The notes under the pieces: model-generated
What the model saw: only the letters and a program-made list of their open reading frames with translations
What the model was told of the DNA's origin: nothing
Databases searched by the model: none
Shown here: in pieces, positions 26,603 through 35,194 of the stretch
Position numbering within the stretch: position 1 is the stretch's first letter
Layout of the letters: each line of letters opens with the position of its first letter
Translations under genes and position numbers: made by a program
Source of the DNA: Candidatus Methanomethylophilaceae archaeon
GTDB taxonomy: Archaea > Thermoplasmatota > Thermoplasmata > Methanomassiliicoccales > Methanomethylophilaceae
Assembly (NCBI GenBank): GCA_007117455.1
Contig: SKGM01000023.1
Coordinates: forward strand, 1 to 51,067
Direction: 5' to 3'
Length of the DNA: 51,067 nt

Positions 26603-28736
26603 AATCCCCGATTCGGACCCTGTCCCAACCGAAGGGGATCAGTATCTCCTCCGCCGACCTGACCAGCATGTCCGTGTACCTCCCGCGGTCATAGACCCCG
26701 TCCCAGAACTCCGGGATGGCCACCTTTCCTGCGGCGTTCTTTGAAGATGAGTCGCGCAGGATGTAGGCGAGGGATTGGCCGGGTTGGGGTTCCTGGCCGT
26801 ATGCTGCCATAAGTTCCGCTGCCGCCCGGCCGTCGTTGAACTGCCGGTACTCCCCGATGCTCCGAGAGGCCCTTCTCACAAGGGTCAGATGTTCGGCCGA
26901 CACCTCTCCATCCCTGATACGGTCCGTCCAGTGGCGGAGGTTCTCCAGGACGACAGGGACCATCGAATCCAGGTCCTCACGGCTGACCGCCTGCGACATG
27001 GACTGCAGAGACCTTGTCTGGAAATCCCTGACACACCCCACGCAGTCCCTCTTCCTCGCTGCTATGCCCCTTATCTTAAGTTCCCCGTCCTCGAAAAGCC
27101 CGAAATAACGGTTAAGGGCGCCAGCGCCGTTATGGAGGTTGGGGAGGAATGCTATCCAGAGGTAACGCCCCTCCTCCTCAAGAGGTATCCCGTGCATCCG
27201 ATGAACCTCCTGGGCGAGGGCATCCGCATCACCGCCCCCCTGCATCCATAGGGAGTCCACTATACCATGTATGACCCGGAAACCCATGGACTCGGCCATC
27301 TCAGCGGTGCTGAGCATTATCTCCCGGCCATAGGCGGTTATCGCCTCGTGGCATTCTATGCGACCGAAACGGGCGTTCCGGTAACCGGTGTAGCCGAAGC
27401 ATGTGACCAGTATCCACTTCAGAAGTTTTGACCTCTGGCCATGTATCTCGGCTCGGGCAGGGTCCCTGCGGGCCATGGCTTTGAAGGCCCGGCGGCGCTG
27501 CACCACTGGACCCAACACCGCGGGCAGAAGCCCTTCCTTCAGACCGCATATCCGATAACCTAATCCAGGTACGGTACTGGCGGACTGGGGGCAGCAACCG
27601 CATTCCAAGGTCTCCGGGGATATGTTGTAGCGGGCTATGATGGATGGATACATGGACGAGAAATCCATCTCCAGCACGTCCTCGTGTATTCCCGGCCTCG
27701 GTTGGTGGATGAAGCCGCCACGGTCGCAGGCCATGAGACGGGACACGCTCTTGAAGTCCTCAGGCAGGTTCTTCTTCCAACGGAGTAGATGTCCGGTCCG
27801 TAGGGCCCGGTCCGACTGCATGGCACTTATGGCTGTTCCCGGGGATAGCCTTGCAAGGTCCTGCAACGGGAGCCCGCTCAGACGGGATAGTTCCACCAGC
27901 CCGGCGATGCCTCCCTCCGAGTACATGAAGGATGCGGTGTCCAGATGAATCCGGCCCTTGAGTTTCAAAGAGGGCGGTTTGTACACCGTCCTACCATAGC
28001 TGTGATAGCTCTTGCCCGTTCCGGAACGGACCCCTTCCTCCCTGCCGAGGTTTAGGTCCACGCCCAAGGCCCGGGAGCGTTCCAGGACATGGGCGGTGCG
28101 ACCCTTGTCCCCTCTTTTGACCATTATGATGTCAGGATCGCGCTCCTCCACCACCTCGCCCAGGGATCTGAGCATCCCCTCCTCATCCCCCTCGAGGGGG
28201 ATCCCGTCCACATCGATTCCAACCAGCTCGTCATCTGGACGGGGATCGAACGGACGCGATATACGGGGGTTCAACTCCATTGTGCGCAAAGGCGGGAGGG
28301 GATAGTTCAGACGCAGCGGGGAGTCCAGACTCCTTAGTCCATCATCGATCTCCACCAGGCCGAAGGGGAAGAGTCGCGATGCTGTGAGAAATCGCTGGGA
28401 GGGAGTGAGGTCCACATTGTAGAGCGAGTAGTCCCGGTAGGATCCCCAACGGTCCACCGTCCTTGCGAGGCGGTTCATCTGCTGGAACCCGTCCACACTA
28501 ACCTTGAGCACGTCCTCTTCCGGACCCCCTAGCACAGTCCTTGCCCTGTCCATTCTCGGGAATGCGCCGTATGCCCGGACATCCCCCTCCAAAGAATCCA
28601 AATCCTTTCCTGAGACATAGAAGGAGGGCCTCAGCGGCCTCTGAAGACGGACTGTCCCGTCAGCTGTGCGGACCCATGTGACAACCCCTTGATCGTCGTC
28701 TGATGCATGGCAGTCGATTATCCACCCTCTCATCAC
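26553..28736 (-). CDS. family-B DNA polymerase paralogue with degenerate exonuclease and altered polymerase motifs
   Basis: 727 aa. Motif A DFSSMYPSII is intact. Motif B reads KWILVTCFGYTGY, motif C reads HGIVDS (canonical YGDTDS), and the KxY region reads NRY. The ExoI/II/III acidic residues are not recognisable. Confidence 0.85.
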   Translation of the reverse strand: MMRGWIIDCHASDDDQGVVTWVRTADGTVRLQRPLRPSFYVSGKDLDSLEGDVRAYGAFPRMDRARTVLGGPEEDVLKVSVDGFQQMNRLARTVDRWGSYRDYSLYNVDLTPSQRFLTASRLFPFGLVEIDDGLRSLDSPLRLNYPLPPLRTMELNPRISRPFDPRPDDELVGIDVDGIPLEGDEEGMLRSLGEVVEERDPDIIMVKRGDKGRTAHVLERSRALGVDLNLGREEGVRSGTGKSYHSYGRTVYKPPSLKLKGRIHLDTASFMYSEGGIAGLVELSRLSGLPLQDLARLSPGTAISAMQSDRALRTGHLLRWKKNLPEDFKSVSRLMACDRGGFIHQPRPGIHEDVLEMDFSSMYPSIIARYNISPETLECGCCPQSASTVPGLGYRICGLKEGLLPAVLGPVVQRRRAFKAMARRDPARAEIHGQRSKLLKWILVTCFGYTGYRNARFGRIECHEAITAYGREIMLSTAEMAESMGFRVIHGIVDSLWMQGGGDADALAQEVHRMHGIPLEEEGRYLWIAFLPNLHNGAGALNRYFGLFEDGELKIRGIAARKRDCVGCVRDFQTRSLQSMSQAVSREDLDSMVPVVLENLRHWTDRIRDGEVSAEHLTLVRRASRSIGEYRQFNDGRAAAELMAAYGQEPQPGQSLAYILRDSSSKNAAGKVAIPEFWDGVYDRGRYTDMLVRSAEEILIPFGWDRVRIGDFIGCRKASTGIQSTIL

Positions 28737-28972
28737 TCACCCCGCCTGAGCCTGCGGATCTCCTTCTCATGCTCCAAGAGCATGGAGAGAATCATCCCCT
28801 CCACAGGATCGGGGGAGTCGCAGTTGCTTCCAGCTGCGGCATGGTCGCGCACATGTTCCATGAGCAGGTCGAATGCTTCTCGGTCCTCGGGACGCAACGC
28901 CCTGCGGAAACCTTTCCACTCATCGATTATCCTCTCTGACGCCCGGCGGTATGTGGGGGCGGTCCTCCCCAT
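28733..28972 (-). CDS. hypothetical small helical protein, translationally coupled to the PolB paralogue
   Basis: 79 aa. ATGA overlap with the polB start; its own ATG directly abuts the upstream gene's stop. I recognise no family. Confidence 0.55.
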   Translation of the reverse strand: MGRTAPTYRRASERIIDEWKGFRRALRPEDREAFDLLMEHVRDHAAAGSNCDSPDPVEGMILSMLLEHEKEIRRLRRGE

Positions 28973-29551
28973 TCAGGCACCTCCGGGTTGCTTGACTGAC
29001 AGTCCATGGGCGGAACCCCTGACCCTAAGCACCCTCGGACAGGTTAGAGGGCAGCCAGATACCAATACCGGTGACTCTTCGGACCTTGAGATGTCCTGCA
29101 GCACGTCCAAGGCCCGGGAGAGGAGTTCCCTCGACTCCCTGCGGTCGACATCGGGATCTTGGAACAGCTCCCCCAGAGAACTCACTATCACCAGGGAGGG
29201 CGACTCCTCCACCGTCCGGTCCCGGAGCCGGCCCTCTATTATGGCGCTCATCTGATAAGCGGTGAAGGCACGCGCCAGGATTATCCGGTCCAAGGCCCCC
29301 CTGGGACTCTGCCTCCCCGACCTGAGAAGCCTCAGAAGGAGCAGGGGGTCTATGACGTTACCCCCGTCCACCCATATCACCTTCCCTTCACCCTTCAGTT
29401 TCTCAGCACAGAATGAGTGGGTGACGAGAGAGACCGCCTCCCTTTCCCCTTCCAATGACACTACCTCCCCCGGCCACAGGGAGGGGAGTCGCTCCGCTAT
29501 TCCGGTCAACATCTCGATGCGGGTCTGTCGTGAGGGTGCTTTGGCTCTCAT
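28973..29551 (-). CDS. RadB/RecA-fold protein lacking Walker A and Walker B residues
   Basis: 192 aa from the ATG at 29551 (alternative ATG at 29512). Collinear by eye with archaeal RadB, but it has GEREAVSL in place of G-x4-GKT and LVIVSS in place of hhhhD. The longer track ORF (to 29914) overlaps a plausible plus-strand membrane gene, and its extra N-terminus is Pro/Arg/Ser-rich. Confidence 0.6.
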   Translation of the reverse strand: MRAKAPSRQTRIEMLTGIAERLPSLWPGEVVSLEGEREAVSLVTHSFCAEKLKGEGKVIWVDGGNVIDPLLLLRLLRSGRQSPRGALDRIILARAFTAYQMSAIIEGRLRDRTVEESPSLVIVSSLGELFQDPDVDRRESRELLSRALDVLQDISRSEESPVLVSGCPLTCPRVLRVRGSAHGLSVKQPGGA

Positions 29552-29579
29552 GCTCGGACAGGTGGAGTCTTTCTGCAGG

Positions 29580-29587
29580 GTATTATA
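29580..29587 (-). promoter_or_regulatory. candidate TATA box for the RadB-like/PolB operon
   Basis: The minus strand reads TATAATAC about 30 nt upstream of the ATG at 29551. Confidence 0.35.
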
Positions 29588-29625
29588 CCGGTAACGAGGG
29601 AGGGAGTTCCGAAAGTGGGCGGCAG

Positions 29626-29636
29626 AAATATTAAAT
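29626..29636 (+). promoter_or_regulatory. candidate TATA box for the 150-aa membrane protein gene
   Basis: AAATATTAAAT centred about 31 nt upstream of the ATG at 29662 (near-leaderless arrangement). Confidence 0.35.
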
Positions 29637-29661
29637 CGAAATGACGGGATGATATGACGGG

Positions 29662-30114
29662 ATGCATGTGGAAAAGTCTCCTTTGGCTGGAGTGAGGGCT
29701 TCGATCCCCTCGTTGGAGAAATGGCTGGGAATGGCGTTCTCGATAGTGATGTCCGGAGTGTTCTCAAGGATGATAAGGGACCCTGCCGGAGAACGCTACC
29801 ATGATACCCTGGCGATAATGGGGACATCGGAGTTCGCTTTGGTGATGTTGGCCATAACCTTCGTGGTGATCCTCGTCTACTACTACGGAGACCGTCTGGG
29901 GATATGGGTCCCACAGGCCCATCAGTACTATGCTACCATAATCATCTGCCTGGTCGCCCTGTACATGGCGGGATACGTGGCGGTCGACAACCCCCTGGTC
30001 GCAGGCAGCGTGCTGCTGTTCTCAGGCGGCCTACTGACGGTATTGGCGGTAAAGAAGGATTCCTGGGGAATAGCAGATGTGGGAATCCTCAGAAGGCTCA
30101 TCGGCCCTGGATGA
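29662..30114 (+). CDS. hypothetical membrane protein (about 4 TM helices)
   Basis: 150 aa with four hydrophobic stretches. No recognisable family. Confidence 0.55.
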   Translation: MHVEKSPLAGVRASIPSLEKWLGMAFSIVMSGVFSRMIRDPAGERYHDTLAIMGTSEFALVMLAITFVVILVYYYGDRLGIWVPQAHQYYATIIICLVALYMAGYVAVDNPLVAGSVLLFSGGLLTVLAVKKDSWGIADVGILRRLIGPG

Positions 30115-31201
30115 CTTCCGGGAGGTCCTCCATGGAGTATGAGCGCTTCGGTGTACCCGGTACGGGAGCCCCCCCCTCCTCACGGCGGACGACCTCCGCC
30201 AGGACCGGGCGCGGACGGTATATCCTCCACTTGGCCACTATGTCGTCTATGAGGTCCCTTTCGTAGAGGGCGAAGTATATCACCGTCGTTGTGGCCATTA
30301 TGATTATGTTGAAGAGTATGGACATCCCTATGAATCCACCGACCTCCGCCAGGCTAAGCCTCCTCACCGCACCTATGGTGTAAAGGGCGATGGGGATTAT
30401 GGGGATCGCTATCTTCTTCAGGGTCGTCACGGCACCCTTGTAGAGTCTGAGATCGTGATAGGGGCCCTTAATCCTCACATCGAGGGAACGGAATATGGAC
30501 CAGGGGAGTACCAGGAAAGGAAGGTACAAGGTCAGCAGGAACATCACCAGCAGTATGTACTCCAGAGAGTAGGCTGTCAGAAGTGAGGGGTTGAGGCTTA
30601 TGTATATCCATAGGAACACGCCGATGAGGAATCCCATGCCCATGGTCCGAAGGGTGTCCTCCAAAGGTATGTTCTCGCGGCGCATGTTGTGGTCCATCAT
30701 CAGGTCGTTGGTATTGATGTCATCTGGTATGTTGAAGAAGAACACCAGGATCTTGTCCTTGAGCTCCAGATCCTTGCGCAGACTCATCCCTTCGATCCTC
30801 GCCAATGTACGATAGAAAAGCTTCCTCTGCAGTGTGACGATGACCGCCACCACGCCGAACCCCCCCAGGACCGCGTACACCAGGAAAAGGAGTATTATGG
30901 TCTCTACCCCGTAAGAGTACAGTAAGGCCACCAGGGCCAGGAGTATCAGGGTGTAGTACCAACGGAACCTGCCCGCAAATGAGACCAGACCGACGATGAC
31001 CAATGAGAAGGAGAAGACCGGGATGGCCTCTATGATGGAGTCCACGACACCCATTGCCACCACCGCAACGGTTGCCACGGTGCAGGCCAATAGGGCTAGC
31101 AGGAAAAGTCGCAGCAGGGCTATGTCATAATTGCTGCTGAGGTCCAGCTTCCGTCGTCTTCTCTTACTGGCCAACTTCTCCAATCTCATTATGCCGGGCA
31201 T
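30098..31201 (-). CDS. hypothetical polytopic membrane protein
   Basis: 367 aa. Basic N-terminus (KRRRRK), about 4 N-terminal TM helices, a polar central loop and about 4-5 C-terminal TM helices. No family recognised. Confidence 0.6.
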   Translation of the reverse strand: MPGIMRLEKLASKRRRRKLDLSSNYDIALLRLFLLALLACTVATVAVVAMGVVDSIIEAIPVFSFSLVIVGLVSFAGRFRWYYTLILLALVALLYSYGVETIILLFLVYAVLGGFGVVAVIVTLQRKLFYRTLARIEGMSLRKDLELKDKILVFFFNIPDDINTNDLMMDHNMRRENIPLEDTLRTMGMGFLIGVFLWIYISLNPSLLTAYSLEYILLVMFLLTLYLPFLVLPWSIFRSLDVRIKGPYHDLRLYKGAVTTLKKIAIPIIPIALYTIGAVRRLSLAEVGGFIGMSILFNIIIMATTTVIYFALYERDLIDDIVAKWRIYRPRPVLAEVVRREEGGAPVPGTPKRSYSMEDLPEVIQGR

Positions 31202-31232
31202 ATTGATTAACGACGTATAGAATGTTTTTCGG

Positions 31233-31565
31233 TCATTCGACCCATGCTTCCAGTTCTACATCGGCCTTGTCGCCCCGGTATACGCCCAACATGATTACGG
31301 CTGTGCCCTTATCCTCGAAAGGGAAGGGCCCTAGTGTTCCAGACCTCATCCCCTCCTCGAATTTGAGGACCGCCCCTCCGGCATCTGACAGGGCTACATC
31401 GACGGGTGAATCGGACTCCACCCTGACCAGAAGCGATCTGCCTTTCTTGACCTGTATAGGGATCGACCTAACATTGTCATATCCGCCGGGGATGCTGGGG
31501 TCGAAATCACCTATCCTCAGACGCTGCACCGGCATGACCTGCGATCTTCTCCGTAACAGGGCCAT
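31233..31565 (-). CDS. hypothetical small soluble protein
   Basis: 110 aa with beta-strand-like alternating pattern. It lies between the flavoprotein and the membrane protein on the same strand. Confidence 0.5.
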   Translation of the reverse strand: MALLRRRSQVMPVQRLRIGDFDPSIPGGYDNVRSIPIQVKKGRSLLVRVESDSPVDVALSDAGGAVLKFEEGMRSGTLGPFPFEDKGTAVIMLGVYRGDKADVELEAWVE

Positions 31566-31603
31566 GACGGGTGATGGGCGGTCAAGTATTAGGAACTTTC
31601 AAA

Positions 31604-32662
31604 TCACCAGCTCTCCCGGAATGCCAGTCCATACGCTATGTACATATGAAAATCCCGAGGGGACGTCATTGCCCTTCTCAGTAAGGGCCTCAACCTCGCC
31701 CGTCCTTGGAATGGGGCCGCTGCCCGCTCCATGTCGCCATCGCTCCATCCCGCCAGGGTTTCATGGGCCTTCATGTACCACGGCGAGGAAAGTCGCGAGC
31801 GCTCCCACCACCTACGATACCTCTCTGGCTTTCCGGCGATGACTGCTTTTGCTGCCCTCTTACCGGCCACCATGGACGTCCTGATCCCTCCGAAGCTCAC
31901 GGGATTGGCCTGACCCGCGGCATCCCCGACCAGCAGGACGTTGCCATCGGTGACCTGAGGGACGCCGCCGAAGGGAAGGAATCTGCATGCCTTGTCCACA
32001 TATTCATCCAATCGGCTTGTTCCTGCAGGGAATCCAGTGTTGACCAGTCCACCACAGGGGAACTCCCACCGATAACCGCCTCCGTAAGACTCCCCCATAT
32101 GGAACGTAAGAGTTTCCGGGAGGGTCTCGGCCTCCACAAGATACCTCTCCACTGCCAACATCCTCAAGGGCCTGGTTCCGAAGATCTGCTTTCTAACGGT
32201 GGAGAATGCTCCGTCCGCTCCGATCACGTATCTCGACCTCAGTTCGGTGCCGTCATATAGCACGGCCGTGTAGAAGCCTTCTTCCTGCTTCAGTGAGATG
32301 AGTGATCCTACGGCGGAGTGGCCGCCCTCCTCCCTGTACATCCCCTCCAGTCTGTCCAGGAAAGCAGGCCGGTCTATGATGACCCCGTCAAGCCTTTGGG
32401 TTGTCCGCACGCCTCCTGGCCAGTTTATTACTGCCTTATCGACACGGTCCTTGACCGCCCAAGGCCTTATGGGGGTAAGCTCTGAGAACGCCCCCACGCT
32501 GATACCCTCGCCGCAGATGCTGTGGTAGCGTGAGCGTCTCCTGCCTTCCATCCTATCCAGGGTGAGGACTTCGAGGTCATCGCCCATATGACGGAGGAAG
32601 AATGCCGAGGACAGACCTGCAGGGCCTGCGCCGACGACCAGTACATCGATTATCTCCGTCAC
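31604..32662 (-). CDS. FAD-dependent oxidoreductase, geranylgeranyl reductase family
   Basis: 352 aa. N-terminal DVLVVGAGPAGLSSA dinucleotide fold. GADGAFS and GDAAGQANPVSFGGI motifs. Confidence 0.82.
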   Translation of the reverse strand: MTEIIDVLVVGAGPAGLSSAFFLRHMGDDLEVLTLDRMEGRRRSRYHSICGEGISVGAFSELTPIRPWAVKDRVDKAVINWPGGVRTTQRLDGVIIDRPAFLDRLEGMYREEGGHSAVGSLISLKQEEGFYTAVLYDGTELRSRYVIGADGAFSTVRKQIFGTRPLRMLAVERYLVEAETLPETLTFHMGESYGGGYRWEFPCGGLVNTGFPAGTSRLDEYVDKACRFLPFGGVPQVTDGNVLLVGDAAGQANPVSFGGIRTSMVAGKRAAKAVIAGKPERYRRWWERSRLSSPWYMKAHETLAGWSDGDMERAAAPFQGRARLRPLLRRAMTSPRDFHMYIAYGLAFRESW

Positions 32663-32688
32663 TCTGGATGTATCATATGGCGCCTATT

Positions 32689-33036
32689 TCATTGTTGTCT
32701 GTCCTTTTCGGATAACCTGAGGAGTAGCTTTAGCGCATCGTCCCAGGAAGCCACGTTGGTTATCTTTGGCCCCAGGCCTGGCACCTCCTGGACCTCATAG
32801 TCATCCCCGTCGAATGCCAGGAACATTAGCTGATATCCCTCTGTGACGAATCCCTCGATGCGGGGATTTGAGACCACTGAGGCCCCATAGTCGTTCTCGA
32901 AGCGGTATATCTTATGGAATCTTCCTCCGTCCATGCAGCCGCATACGCATCGGGCGTTGAGGTCGATCTCGAACTGCTCAATGTCCATGTCCCATTCTCC
33001 TGTGGTTCTTGAACCTCCTTTTGAAAGGAGTGTCAC
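32689..33036 (-). CDS. hypothetical protein
   Basis: 115 aa (possible start at the ATG at 32988, MDIEQFEIDL). No recognisable family. First gene of the minus-strand 4-gene unit. Confidence 0.45.
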   Translation of the reverse strand: MTLLSKGGSRTTGEWDMDIEQFEIDLNARCVCGCMDGGRFHKIYRFENDYGASVVSNPRIEGFVTEGYQLMFLAFDGDDYEVQEVPGLGPKITNVASWDDALKLLLRLSEKDRQQ

Positions 33037-33152
33037 TATTCGTACTAGGGAGGGTGTGTTATTAATATGAGCGTCTTTTCTTTTAATACGCTAATCTGTA
33101 TTAAATTATATACCAAGGGTTTTGTTATTAACGGGCTATAGATTGGAAGGAA

Positions 33153-33186
33153 TAGTTAACTATTGTTTGCGAATTAGTAAACTATT
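33153..33186. repeat. two 12-bp direct repeats (TAGTTAACTATT / TAGTAAACTATT) 22 bp apart, candidate regulator binding sites
   Basis: 11 of 12 positions identical. Start-to-start spacing is 22 bp (two helical turns). The first copy contains the 8-bp palindrome AGTTAACT. Located in the AT-rich divergent control region. Confidence 0.4.
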
Positions 33187-33407
33187 TATATTATGTGTAT
33201 ATGCGTTTTTCTTTTCTTGGCCTATTGGCTACTAATATTTTGGTTATTGTGGTCATTTTTTGCATTAGTATATAAAAGAAAAAACCATTTTACTTGTATA
33301 TCTTATAGGTTTATCTGGATATTACATCCATCCATACTGTATTCTTTTAATATTGAAAATAGGGTGTTCAATCTAGAGGCGGTAGGAGATCCGTCATAAG
33401 GAGGAAA

Positions 33408-34052
33408 ATGATGAGCAAAGAGGATATATTGAACGGTTTGAGCGAGGCGGTGGTATTGGGCAAACCTGACCAATCCAAGATGTTCGCTCAGAGGGCGATT
33501 GACGAGAATGTCAATCCTCTGGAGGCCATCAACAACGGCCTGGTGAAGGGGATGTCCATGGTGGGTGACAGGTATGCTGCAAGAGAGGTTTACCTCCCTC
33601 AGGTCCTGATGTCCGCCAACACCATGTACGCAGGACTGGACTTGCTTCTGCCGATGATACCTAGCGAGGATCTATCGGACAAGAAGAGAGTTATCATCGG
33701 TGTTGTCGAGGGCGATGTCCACGACATAGGCAAGAACATTGTCAAGACCATGATGACCGCCGGCGGTTTCGAGGTCAATGACCTTGGAAAGGACGTGCCC
33801 ACAGAGACATTCATAAGCACCGCAGAGTCCTATAAGACCGATGTGGTCGCGATGAGCACGCTGATGACCCCGACCATGGACGGCATGAAGGATGTCGTGG
33901 ACGGTTTGGTGGAGAGCGGTTACCGCGCCAACACCAAGGTCGTCATCGGAGGACCGCCGACATCCCCGGACTTCGCTGAGGAGATCAAAGCGGACCACCG
34001 GGATGCCAACGCCCAAGATTCGGTGGCATGGCTCAAGGAGGCGCTGTTTTGA
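33408..34052 (+). CDS. methyltransferase cognate corrinoid protein (MtaC/MtbC/MtsB family)
   Basis: 214 aa. B12-binding motifs DVHDIGKNIV (DxHxxG), MSTLMT (SxL) and VVIGGPP. Strong AGGAGG Shine-Dalgarno upstream. Confidence 0.9.
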   Translation: MMSKEDILNGLSEAVVLGKPDQSKMFAQRAIDENVNPLEAINNGLVKGMSMVGDRYAAREVYLPQVLMSANTMYAGLDLLLPMIPSEDLSDKKRVIIGVVEGDVHDIGKNIVKTMMTAGGFEVNDLGKDVPTETFISTAESYKTDVVAMSTLMTPTMDGMKDVVDGLVESGYRANTKVVIGGPPTSPDFAEEIKADHRDANAQDSVAWLKEALF

Positions 34053-35134
34053 ACCACATCGAGAGGGCTATGGCGGCACTCACCGACGGAGAGGCTGACC
34101 GCCTTACGACGTACCCGATTGCCTGTGGCGTCAACCGCAAGCTCCTCGGTGACAACGTTACCTACGCCGAATGGTGCCGGGACCCCAAACTTTTCGCGGA
34201 CGCCTTCGTCGCCGGACAGAAGTACTTCGACTTCGATTTCGCAATAGGCCTTATGGACCTTTCGGTCATGGCTGGCGACCTCGGAGCGCACGTCCGGATG
34301 GATGATGAGAACACACCTTTTGTGGACAAATACATCGTCAACGATCTGGAGGACTACGAGAAGCTCGAGGTTCCAGATATAAAGGCTGGTCGGACTGGCG
34401 TCCTTATCGAGGGTACCCGTCTGTTCACCGAGAAGCTCAAGGACGAGGTCATCTGCGCCGCATTCCTGGAGGGGCCACTGCTGGCCCTCACCCAGTCCGC
34501 GGGAGCGGAGAGGGTGTTCATGGACATGTTCACCAACCCCTCAGCCGTACACGCTGGGTTGGAAACCATGACCGAGTTCGACGTGCAGATGGTGGAAGCA
34601 TTCAGTGAGACGGGCGCACCTGGGCTGGTCTGGGACTACCTGTGGGGCAACTACTCCTGTCTGGGAGACAAGGAGTATGATGAGTTTGAGGGTGGATCCA
34701 AGTACGCCGGTAAGCTGAACAAGCTGGCGGTGGACCTTGGATTCGCCAACTGCGTCCACAACTGTGCTGACCTTCCTCATCTGGACACCCAGATCAAGAA
34801 GTTCAAGCCCGCCATCTACAGCATGGCCTACTACCCTCTGATACCTGACTCGCCCAGCGCGGGTGAGACCATAGAGAAGGGCTATGCAGATGAATGTCTC
34901 TTGGCTGGGAACATCGACCCCCAGTTCTTCATCCGCGCTAGCGAGGAGAAGATATCCAAGGTCACAGCGGACCTTTGCCAAGAGGTCAAGACCGCACTCT
35001 GCAAGAAGGGACTTAACTCCCGCTACTGCATTGCCAGCGGTTGTGAGGTCCCACCGGACCGCGTCACAAAGCTGGAGAACATCAAGGCGGTTGTGGACGT
35101 TACCAAGGAAGAGGGCGTCCTCGGGGACTGCTGA
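34028..35134 (+). CDS. URO-D family methylcobamide methyltransferase (MtaA/MtbA/MtsA-like)
   Basis: 368 aa. Zinc ligand motif VHNCAD (H-x-C) and a downstream SGCEV cysteine, as in MtaA-type enzymes. The start is uncertain (ATG 34028, TTG 34049 or ATG 34070). Confidence 0.85.
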   Translation: MAQGGAVLNHIERAMAALTDGEADRLTTYPIACGVNRKLLGDNVTYAEWCRDPKLFADAFVAGQKYFDFDFAIGLMDLSVMAGDLGAHVRMDDENTPFVDKYIVNDLEDYEKLEVPDIKAGRTGVLIEGTRLFTEKLKDEVICAAFLEGPLLALTQSAGAERVFMDMFTNPSAVHAGLETMTEFDVQMVEAFSETGAPGLVWDYLWGNYSCLGDKEYDEFEGGSKYAGKLNKLAVDLGFANCVHNCADLPHLDTQIKKFKPAIYSMAYYPLIPDSPSAGETIEKGYADECLLAGNIDPQFFIRASEEKISKVTADLCQEVKTALCKKGLNSRYCIASGCEVPPDRVTKLENIKAVVDVTKEEGVLGDC

Positions 35135-35194
35135 CCGGAAACCATTTCTTTTCTCAAACCTCTTCCAAACCCCTTAAAAAAGAATGTGATAATC

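Noticed and set aside
29552-29914. N-terminal 121 codons of the long ORF 28973-29914
   Set aside because: This part is Pro/Arg/Ser-rich and not protein-like. It overlaps the plausible plus-strand membrane gene at 29662-30114. The RadB-like similarity begins only after the internal ATGs at 29551 and 29512, and a TATA-like box fits the 29551 start.
33193-33399. 68-aa hydrophobic ORF inside the AT-rich control region
   Set aside because: Its Phe/Leu/Ile/Tyr/Lys/Asn-rich composition is what AT-rich DNA yields in any frame. It has no Shine-Dalgarno and overlaps likely promoter elements.
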